Part shown: piece by piece, positions 35,791 to 53,866 of the stretch | How positions within the stretch are numbered: the first letter of the stretch is position 1 | Layout: every line of letters starts with the position of its first letter | Source: Podarcis muralis | Lineage: Eukaryota | Length of the DNA stretch: 64,000 bases | Assembly (NCBI RefSeq): GCF_964188315.1 | Contig: NC_135658.1 | Span: 75,454,001 to 75,518,000 of the forward strand | Direction of reading: 5' to 3' | The notes under the pieces: model-generated | What the model was told of the DNA's origin: nothing | The model's input: only the letters and a program-made list of their open reading frames with translations | Databases searched by the model: none | Translations under genes and position numbers: made by a program

Positions 35791-36031
35791 AAAGGTAAAG
35801 GGACCCCTGATCATTAGGTCCAGTCGTGGCCGACTCTGGGGTTGCGGCGCTCATCTCGCTTTATTGGCCAGGGGAGCCAGCGTACAGCTTCCAGGTCATG
35901 TGGCCAGCATGACTAAGCCGCTTCTGGCGAACCAGAGCAGCGCACGGAAACGCTGTTTACCTTCCCATCGGAGCGGTACCTATTTATCTCTGGTTTGCCA
36001 GAAGCGGCTTAGTCATGCTGGCCACATGACC
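35791..36031 (-). mobile_element. 5'-truncated Sauria SINE ending in an inverted duplication
   Basis: SINE 3' half to 35988, then 35988-36031 is the reverse complement of 35894-35937. Confidence 0.85.
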
Positions 36032-36537
36032 CATATGTGTAAGAGATTCAGGAACTAAAGTATTTACCATCACAAAAGAATGGCCCAGGTTGAGCAATGA
36101 TTGAACATTACTGGGTAGCCTGACAGACAGGTTTTCTGCTGTAGACCGTCCCCCTGTGATGTATGTATGATGTTTTAGGAGGTGGTCTTGAGCTACAGGG
36201 AAGGCAATTCCAAAAGTCTATATAAGAGCTTGCACACCATTGTTCAGGGTTCCTCTCCTCCCTCCCTGCGTGGGGGGAGTGGGGGACCCTGTTGCAACAG
36301 TTTAATAAAGATCATGCTTACTAGCTGCTTTGCTTCTCAATATTCTCTGGCTGGCCTCTGTTATTTTCTCCTACCAATAGAAAACCTACATAAGGACTCT
36401 ATATGGGCTCTTTGATACCCCATAAGGGAAAAGGGGCAGTTTTTTCTTATAACAGGGTTGTTACCGGTATCTGGTGCTTGCTTTCAAATGATGCATCAGT
36501 AGGTAGCAACAAAGCGCAGAGTGGAAGCTTGTGTATC

Positions 36538-36580
<43 letters not shown>

Positions 36581-36640
36581 TGCATTATTTATACCCTGCC
36601 CGTCTGGCTGGGTTTCCCCAGCCACTCTGGGCGGCTCCTG
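36538..36640 (-). mobile_element. (AAT)n tract plus L2-type LINE 3' end
   Basis: (AAT)n followed by tttataccctgcccgtctggctgggtttccccagccactctgggcggc; similar motif at ~44745-44782. Confidence 0.55.
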
Positions 36641-38249
36641 ACAGAGGACTAAAAACAGAATAAAACTTCAAACATTAAAAACTTCTCTAAAAATAGATTA
36701 CAGCAAAAGTGACAAAAAATCTCGTGGCACTTGGAAGGCCTCAGTAAATCTGTTAGTCTTTTAATAGTGCCACAAAGTTTGGTTTAGCCACTGATACAAT
36801 GCAGCAGAAGCAGCTGACTTGTAAGCTTGTGCCATAATGGTGAGGTATGTCCTACCGTGGAAGGACGTCTGGATCCAGAATTGGCCTCCACAGTCACACA
36901 CACACACACACACACACACACGGTTAAGACCATATTCATGGAAGACAATCTTACTCAGCTATGAGTGATCACCAAAGAAGAAGACAATGTCAATGGTGAA
37001 GGCTTTAAAGTGCCACAAAACTCCCAGAAGCTTTCCCTAAGTAAAACCAGCCCTCCCATTGGGTAGAGTGAGGCTATGGCCTCAGGCAGTTCATTTTGGG
37101 GGTGTAATAAAATGGCAGCAAATGGTAATGTATTCAGTATGCTAAATAGCAGGACCAAATAAAGTGATGTAGAAGTGTGGCAGCTGGTATTTTAGTTCTC
37201 TATATCTCTTCAGGTTCGGGGGAGAGTACAAAAAAAAGTTGTAACCGTGAGATGAGCTTGTTGACATCAGCCTATTATTTTTTTAATCCCCATTTACCTC
37301 ATCCCCTGCTTTGTGCAACATTGTGTATGAAGAAAAAGTGCAAATAATTAAATGATATTAATCTTGTATTTTTATATTATTGTAACTCTCCTTGGAAACA
37401 TACAGTAAAGTTTGGAACAAAGAAATAAATGAAGAGCTATGAGATCAGCTTATAGACATCAGCCTAATTTATGTACTGTACTTTTGTTTTGTTTTGTTTT
37501 GTTTTTACCTTCTTCCTTCTATCCACTTGCTTTGTGGAACATCTTCCCAGATGAAGAGTTCTGGAGAAAAATAGTTGCCACTCTTCTGTGACATTTTGGT
37601 TGGTGCCAGTAAAGGTAGTGCCCAATGGTGGATTTTGGAATGGTCCTGACCACATTTGTTAAAAGCCTAAATCCTGAGAGTAAGCCTCATTTAAATCAAT
37701 GGGGCTTGGTAGTAAATAAGGCAAGGGAAAGTAAAAAACAAACAAGCCACACGCCCAACTGGCTGAGTCTGCATTTAGTCACAAGGTGCTTCCAAATTAT
37801 AGGAGGCATTCAAGCGCATAACAGAAATTTAGGTTTGTGCAATTTAAGTGGATTAAAATACCCTGCTGCCATAACACAACATATCCCCTCATGGACTTTT
37901 TGCACTTTGTAAAGTGACAGGAAATGAATTGAAAAGTGTGAGAGGAATGAGTAATTAACAAGACATGTAAACACACAAGTAAATCAGGAGGAATAGTTTA
38001 TCCTCCATTTATTTAAAGATATGAAAAGGTGGCTCTTAGCCATGTTTGTTTCCATCTTTAAGTAAAAACCAAAGTTTCCTTGGTAGCTAGAAAATATATT
38101 TAGTGTTAATCATGCTATACCCTCCTTCAGAATTGAAATTTGCTTTCTGAAAGTGTGATCATCATTCTATTGAACAACCTACTGATCACAAGGGAACTTC
38201 TCTAAAGTGAGAGAATTGAGTTCTGCCACCAAAATAGCCAAGTTGAAAC

Positions 38250-38430
38250 CAATTCAGTCAGAACTACTGGGAAAGTGGATACAGCTGAGGGAACTTTCAT
38301 TCAAACACAGCTGATCAAATTCCCACATTAGCATCAACAGAGGAGTTTAAAATGAGAGCCATGTTCAAAAAGGAGAAAATTCTTTCGTTGACTGGAGACG
38401 AGTCATAACTCAAGTGTTTCACTGAAGGAG
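38250..38430 (+). promoter_or_regulatory. Promoter and non-coding exon 1 of H2A copy B
   Basis: CAGCTG at 38282 and 38308, TTTAAAA 38346-38352, donor GAG|gtgagtgg at 38431. Homologous to the copy A promoter. Confidence 0.7.
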
Positions 38431-38665
38431 GTGAGTGGTTTTATTTTTAAAAACATGCTAGTGGTTTAATTATAAGGTAAGATTAATAATAAATATTAGG
38501 TTTAAAGAGCTAGCTATGTATGCTGCTGAGGGCTACTGGAATTCCATCCCTCCCTTGACTTGCATAAGCCTTTTAGAAAAATGTGATGTATAAAGCCAAA
38601 AATGCTCATATTGGCCTGCCAACAGTAGATTAATCAGTAGTATGAGTTTTAGAAATCCAGTAGAT

Positions 38666-38801
38666 CAGACATCCCCAACCTGCGGCCCTCCAGATGTTTT
38701 GGCTTACAACTCCCATGATCCCTAGCTAGCAAGACCAGTGGCCAGGGATGATGGGAATTGTAGTCCAAAACATCTGGAGGGCCGAAGGTTGGGGATTCCT
38801 G
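38666..38801. mobile_element. Palindromic hAT MITE in H2A copy B intron
   Basis: Near-complete self-complementarity; exact 8-bp TSD cagtagat (38658-38665 / 38802-38809). Confidence 0.88.
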
Positions 38802-39019
38802 CAGTAGATGAAGCTTTTCATCGAATGGTGAGCCATTAGGGTCTCTAATGCCTTGAGAACAAGCCACATGATAATATTCCTAATAGGGTGGCATGGCTCC
38901 TGCATTGGTTTAACACCATGTAGCTGTGTGTTATCAGGGGCAAAACTCTTCGATTTCCCTAGCTTTCTATCACTTACCATGGAGTAGTGGGATTGTTTTG
39001 AAAACAGGGATAGCCCAAC

Positions 39020-39187
39020 CAGTGGCGTAGCGTGGGTTGTCAGCACCCGGGGCAAGGCAAGTAATTTGCGCCCCCAACCTGTGGATTTGCGCCCCCTAAC
39101 CCGTGGATTTGTGCCCCCTAACCCTAACCCCCAGATGTTGCGCCCGGTGTGGCCGGCCCCCCCTGCACCCCCCACGCTACGCCACTG
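39020..39187. mobile_element. hAT MITE in H2A copy B intron
   Basis: 17-bp perfect TIR cagtggcgtagcgtggg; exact 8-bp TSD agcccaac (39012-39019 / 39188-39195); internal ~21-bp tandem repeats. Confidence 0.9.
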
Positions 39188-39508
39188 AGCCCAACTGGTG
39201 CCCTTTGGATGTTTTCGGCCTGCAGCCCACTTCATCCTTCAGCCTGGGTCATAGTTGCTGTGGCTGATGGGAATTGGAGTCCAGCAACTGCTGTGGGGCT
39301 TTCCTTTGGCTGACCTGATTCTAACATGACTGAACTAGCAGAAAATTGGTCTGTTTATCTTAAGGCCACATTCTAGGTCCTTATTACAGCAAATTCTTAG
39401 GCGCTTGGTTCTCTGATTACTCTTCCTTCCATATTGTTAGCAATATGACAAAACCATTTGCCTTGTGTAATGAAGGTGGGCTCTCCTCTCTTACTTGTAG
39501 GATCCAGG

Positions 39509-39904
39509 ATGTCTGGGCGTGGCAAGAAGCCTGCAAAGCCTGCAACCAAGGAACAAAAAAACAAGAGTGCAAGAGCTGGCTTGCAGTTCCCAGTGGGCCG
39601 CATTGGACGTCTTTTGAGACGGGGTCGGTACGCAGAAAGAGTGGGTGTTGGCGCCTCGGTGTACTTGGCTGCCGTGTTGGAATATCTGACTGCAGAGCTA
39701 CTGGAGCTGGCGGGAAATGCTGCTCATGAGAACAAGAGGCAACGAATTGGGCCACGCCACATCCAGTTGGCGATCAGAAGCGATGATGAGTTGAACAAGC
39801 TGTTTGCACATGTGACCATTGCGGAAGGTGGAGTTCTCCCCCACATCAATGCTTTGCTTCTTCCAAAGAAAACAGCACCGTCCACTGTTCCCCAGGAGGA
39901 ATGA
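39509..39904 (+). CDS. Divergent histone H2A variant, copy B (131 aa, C-terminal PQEE)
   Basis: Intact ORF with the same histone fold as copy A; acceptor ttacttgtag|GATCCAGGATG (exon starts 39501). Confidence 0.93.
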   Translation: MSGRGKKPAKPATKEQKNKSARAGLQFPVGRIGRLLRRGRYAERVGVGASVYLAAVLEYLTAELLELAGNAAHENKRQRIGPRHIQLAIRSDDELNKLFAHVTIAEGGVLPHINALLLPKKTAPSTVPQEE

Positions 39905-40007
39905 AGGGGACCTGACCTCATGTGACATTTCTGTCTCTTACTGTCTGAAAAAGCTCCTTGTCCTTTTCATGTAGCACTTTCACTAGGAAGAACTCTATAT
40001 TTGTGTG

Positions 40008-40035
40008 TTTTAATAATATTTTTTGTAATAATAAA
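40008..40035 (+). terminator. CPE-like element and poly(A) signal of H2A copy B
   Basis: TTTTAAT 40008-40014, AATAAA 40030-40035; no stem-loop after the stop. Confidence 0.65.
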
Positions 40036-40574
40036 TTGTGCAATATAAAGCTTGGGCATGGTTTCTTTGTGAGCAAAGAACGGATTCAAAACTTTTTTAA
40101 AAATAAAAACTGGGATGGGAGCTTGTTGTGCAACTAGAGGCCTTTTGCAGGCCCGATGGTATGGTATGTGGAATGAAGCTGTACTCTTCACCGATTATTC
40201 AAGGCCTGCTAGTGGAATTAGATGACCATAATCGGGCTACATGATGTTGGGAATAAACTCAGGTTATGGTGTATTGTCATCTTAATGAACTTTCCTGGGA
40301 GGACATTAGCTACAAGCTTGCGACAACTGCCTCTGAACAGCAAGTGATTTGTTTCCACATACCTAAGGTGTCCAAATGCTGTGCGATGATGTGCATTCAG
40401 TGCTTGTTGCTGGCACCATTTTGGTCACCCCCATGTTCACCCTTTCCCACACTGTTAATTTAACATGCATTCTGACAAGAGTGCACTACGAGAACAGGAT
40501 GCTGGTTAGATGAACCTTAGATCTGACCCAGCAGGGCACACTGAAATATCCTGCACCTTTGTGCCCCTGTACTG

Positions 40575-40724
40575 AAAGCGGTACCTATTTATCTACTTGC
40601 ACTTTGACGTGCTTTCGAACTGCTCCGAGCAACAGGAGCTCCCATCACGGGGATTTGAACTGCCGACCTTCTGATTGGCAAGTCCTAGGCTCTGTGGTTT
40701 AACCCACAGCGCCACCCTCGTCCC
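40575..40724 (-). mobile_element. Sauria SINE, 5' portion only
   Basis: Head and first half of the SINE with internal deletions. Confidence 0.8.
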
Positions 40725-40804
40725 TACAGAGAAATATTTGAGCTGAATTTGGGAGAGTCAAAATGGCTTCACGATTGCTCTCCTGTACTGTTTCAGACAC
40801 TATA

Positions 40805-41030
40805 CAGTGGTACCTCGGGTTACATACGCTTCACGTTACAGACTCCGCTAACCCAGAAATTGTGCTTCAGGTTAAGAACTTTGCTTCAGGTTAAGAACAG
40901 AAATCAGGCTCCAGCGGCATGGCAGCAGCAGAAGGCCCCATTAGCTAAAGTGGTGCTTCAGGTTAAGAACAGTTTCAGGTTAAGAACGGACCTCTGGAAC
41001 GAATTAACTACTTAACCCGAGGTACCACTG
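40805..41030. mobile_element. Tigger/pogo-like Tc1-mariner MITE
   Basis: Perfect 18-bp TIR cagtggtacctcgggtta, TA flanks, internal caggttaagaac x4. Confidence 0.88.
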
Positions 41031-41185
41031 TACTTATGCATGTGTGTTTGCCTTGTACATTTATGAACATTTATTCGCTATATATGTATACATATAAGAC
41101 CTTAGAATTCCTATAACAACCCTATTCAAATGCCCATGGTGATTCTATTATAACAGATCTCCTTTTTTAAAACCGCACACACACA

Positions 41186-41186
<1 letters not shown>

Positions 41187-41229
<43 letters not shown>
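41187..41229. repeat. (ATT)n microsatellite at the PDCL3 promoter edge
   Basis: Directly visible. Confidence 0.95.
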
Positions 41230-41230
<1 letters not shown>

Positions 41231-41591
41231 ATGCGCAACCAGCAAATGTGGTGACAAAAACAACAACACGTGCTGAGTTTCCAGAGCCCAGGGAAACGTG
41301 GGCGGTCCCTTGCTACTCATTTCCTTCCCGTCACCCACCCTTCTCGGCACCCCACCTCCTCCGAGAGCCTTTCGCTGCTCCCTCCTCCGACCAGCAGGAG
41401 AAAGTGCCCGGATCAGTCCTAATACGGGCAACTCGGGAAGGGAGCAGGCGCGTCAGCTGGGCGTGTAACGCGAGCTTGTGCGCTCTTGGAGACGGCCGGC
41501 TCAGCGACCCCCGGGATCCACGTGGAGCACCTAAGGAGGATCTGCCTCAATCAGCAACAGCAGTAAAGTTGGGACACCCCGCTCCCCAAAC

Positions 41592-50131
<8,540 letters not shown>

Positions 50132-50577
50132 GGCCTCGTGGGAAGCTCAGTTCTATGCCTGATTACTCTGAAGTTAGTCTGACTGCATTCAGTGGGGCTT
50201 GACTTCCATGTAAAGAGTGCATGTGATTGCAGCCCCATAAATACCACTGATGGGTTTTTGCTTTTGCTTTTAGATTTTACTAAAGAAGTCATGGTTATGT
50301 GGAGGCTTGCAGAGCAGTAAATTGGAGGAAATTGGAAAGGCTTCCTGATGAATCAGGCGCTTGTTGTGGACATTCCCTACAGTGGACATAACTACCAACA
50401 GCACATTCACCCTCTGGGTGTTTTGCTTGTTCTCTTTCCTCTGTTGGGTGACAACTCTCTCCTCTGTACCAGAGTCATTTTAAGCACAGAGAGTGCTTGG
50501 TCATTTCTATGCTTTTGACAAAGGCCAACAACTCCATTATGGTTGGGAAAAGGCTATAATGCAATTCTTGATTCTCA

Positions 50578-50583
50578 AATAAA
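50578..50583 (+). terminator. PDCL3: Probable PDCL3 poly(A) signal
   Basis: First AATAAA I found after the stop (~450 nt downstream), followed by U/GU-rich sequence. Confidence 0.6.
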
Positions 50584-53500
50584 AATACATGATTAATTTT
50601 TAAAGGGTTGTGTGGAACATTGTGTATATTTTATTGGGCAGATCCAACTGCAGAAGGCTAATATTGCTGCCAAGGTCTCAGAATTAAAGTGAGAATACAG
50701 TATTTATATATTTACTTAAAATCTTGAAAACTCTGAATTTTTTTTGACTGTCTCATGGAGATGCGGTGTGTTTTATTCTGTTCTTGAAATGTAACAGAAG
50801 GATATTTTTAAACAGTTAAATTTGTCCCGCGCCCCATGTTCTCGATTTTTGTAAAAATAGTGCAATTGCATATATGTTTTCTCAGAGGCAAGTCCCCCCT
50901 CCATGCTACTCCTAAGTAAACGTGTACAGTATATACTATAGCTTTAGTGGCTGAGCATCTTTCTCCCGCCCCCTTGCCCCCCCCATGAAGAAGTGCTATT
51001 TAGTCTTGTATTGAAAGTAGGTAAATTATGACCATTATAAATATTTTTTGTTGCCCATAAAAGTTGTAAAAAAAAAAAAAAAAAGATGCAGTAGAATGCA
51101 GTCAATCTTCAGGCTTCTGGATATTTTATTGAGTAAATATAATTGCCAATCCAAACATGCAGAAAGACCATTTGGACTGTGCCATTTTAGACTGGAAGTG
51201 AGGAATCAGCATAGAATCATACAGTTTTAGAGATTACAGAGAACTCTGGAGATCATCTGGTCCAACTTGATTCATATTGCAAAATTGCTTCACATATAAA
51301 ACAGGAAACTGCTCATAGAAAGATAAAACACCCTCTTTCCTGACATGCTTAGCTTTCCATGTGCAGGAAAACTTTTCTCATGTGACGGAGTATTCACCTA
51401 TAGCCTGATGTACTATAATACTATACTATACTATACTACTACTCTACTCTAATAAAGAGCTCTGCCAAAAGTTATGTCAAATTATTTGAGCCTTCCTCAA
51501 CTCTTTAAGAGTGACTTTTCATGTAACATTTTGAAACTGTATATATACACACTGCCATAGGTACATATTGAAATACGCTAGCTAGTTTTTATCTGCAAAT
51601 ATGTATAGAAGGATTGAGCCCTCATGTCATAGAACCATTTGGTTGGAGGAAGTCTTGTAGACCATCTTGCACAACTCGCTGCAGGAAACTTTGAGCAACC
51701 TTATCAGATGGTTCTTCTGCCTATGCTTGAAGAGGCCCAGGAAGGGCAAACTCGCCCCCCGCCCCAGGTAATTGGTTCCATTGTTCTCCCTATCAAGAAA
51801 TTCTTATGCTCAACCAGATTTTTTCTTCCTGTAATTTAAGCCCATTGGATCCTGACACCTGACTGTTGGAGGGGTGTTGGGGGCGCATTACAGTGACCAT
51901 TTAAATTCATATGCAATTTTCAACAAGTGGCATTTAAAAAAAAACCCACTTTGGTACCATTTCTACTGTATTCCATGCGATTGTGTATAATCTTAAATTT
52001 GGGCCTTTGCATAATTATTTTGCATGTGCAAGTATTTAACAGACTGGAGAAGGCATTTTTTAAATCGATTTTCTGTCATTTCCTGTCTCAGATGAGCTTA
52101 ATATTTCTTAACAGTACTGTATTAAACACTGCCCAATAACAATGTTCTTCGGGTGGCTTATAATAAAAACATAAAAATATCATCATCAGCCATAAGGATA
52201 ACATGACTGTGGAGAACAAAGATGAAATATTTGGTTTAAGAAGCTTAGGAGAGGTTGCATTCTGAAAGGAGCCTATGTGAGAAGCCATAGAAATGGGCAG
52301 TTAGAGAAGACTGCAGTATCTCTCTTCTCCCTGCTTCTTCACTCCTACACCTGTGCAAGAACAATTTCCTGTCTTGTGCGCCATTTCTCTCAAGCTAATC
52401 AAAGGCTTTTAGTAAAAATGAGATATCTGCAGGACATGGCTAATGAGAGATCATTTTAACGTCACGGCACAGTGGAATCTTTAGAAGCGCACAGAGGAAA
52501 AACTTGCTTGTTGGGTTTGTGTGTGTGTTTTAATGAGTCCTTGCAAATCAATATGGTTTACATTTGTTGCCAGGGGAAATGTCTTATAGCAAAAGTGGGT
52601 AACCTTTTGCATTCCCTTCTGGGAAACCTCCTAGGGGCCACATGGTAGTGGCAGACTGGGCTAGAACTGAGCAGAGCAACTAATGTAAATTTTAGCTTTG
52701 TGCTGTAGCGTAGTTTCTGTACATACAACAGTCCAGACAAGCAGGAGGTATCATCAGAGTTTGAGGACACATTCCAGCCAGGCAAAAAGACTCAAGAAGA
52801 TGGCTGCAAAATACAGCCTGTAATAGCTGTGTCCTGGGGAGGGTCTGGAGGGCCAGTAGAGAAGGCTAGAGGGCCACATTTTGCCCCCAGGCTTGAGGCT
52901 CCCCTTCACTGTCCTGTAATGTGAATCTACCACAAGCTTACCTTTACAGTGATGCAGTGCAATACGGGTGCCGGTGAGAGCCGTATTTTATGGGACATTC
53001 TGAGGAAAATACTTCTCCACACAATGCCTAGTTAATTTTTGTAATTCACTGTCACAAAATTGCAGTGATGGCAGGGATTGAGGCAAATCCATGAAGAAGA
53101 GTCCCCTCAATGGCTTGGTTATGATTAGCAAAATGTTCAGAGCCTCACTATAGCTCCTGAATACCAGATTGAGGGCACAGCAGGGTTACTCCTTTCATGT
53201 CCTTTTTTTGATGTTCCGGAAGCCGCTGACTAGCCTTTGCATGAAGCAGGGTGCTGACTAGATGGACCTTTATGTCTGAAGTAGCAGGGCTGTTTTTAAT
53301 GCCGGGTGCCTGAGATAATTGGGTCACGAAACCCACACTAAGGATTTTTGAGAGTCCTGATATTAATGAAGACAGGTGAATAATAGGCTTATACCATCTT
53401 CCACTGAAAAGGATGGAACCAGTGCTATTTTTCTAGAAAAAGAGGTACTGGAGCTCACCATGAACTTCTCCCTTGTTCTCTTAGAATGGCAATGGCACCT

Positions 53501-53639
53501 ACCTGAGAGGTGTCGGAGCTGAGCTAAAAAAAAAAGCCGTGGATGGAACTTAACTGATTTGCTGTCATTAATGGCCTCTTCAAAGTTACATTGCCAGCGT
53601 CAATGGGTTCAAAATGAAAAGGGGGGATTTTGATTGAAC

Positions 53640-53866
53640 ACCTTTGTAAGCCTGAGCTATTTAACAGTGGAACAGTCTGCCTCAGAAGTTGGTGAACTCT
53701 CCTTCATTGGAGGCGTTTAACCAGAGGTTGGTTAGCTATCTGTCAGGGCTGCCAATGTAGTTTATTTCCTGCAGTGGGTTGAACTGTCCTGACCAACTCC
53801 CGGTTAGATATCTGTCAGTGCTGCCAATGTACTTTATTTACTGCAGTGGGTTGAACTGTGTGACCT
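53640..53866 (+). mobile_element. CR1 3'-end fragment with a 72-bp tandem duplication
   Basis: CR1-type ggaacagtctgcc..gaggcgtttaa..ggttag; units 53730-53794 and 53802-53865 are near-identical. Confidence 0.6.

Noticed and set aside
35200-38200. Search for an H2B or other histone partner in the spacer
   Set aside because: Only SINE, L2 and PLE remnants and microsatellites seen; no histone-fold sequence recognised.
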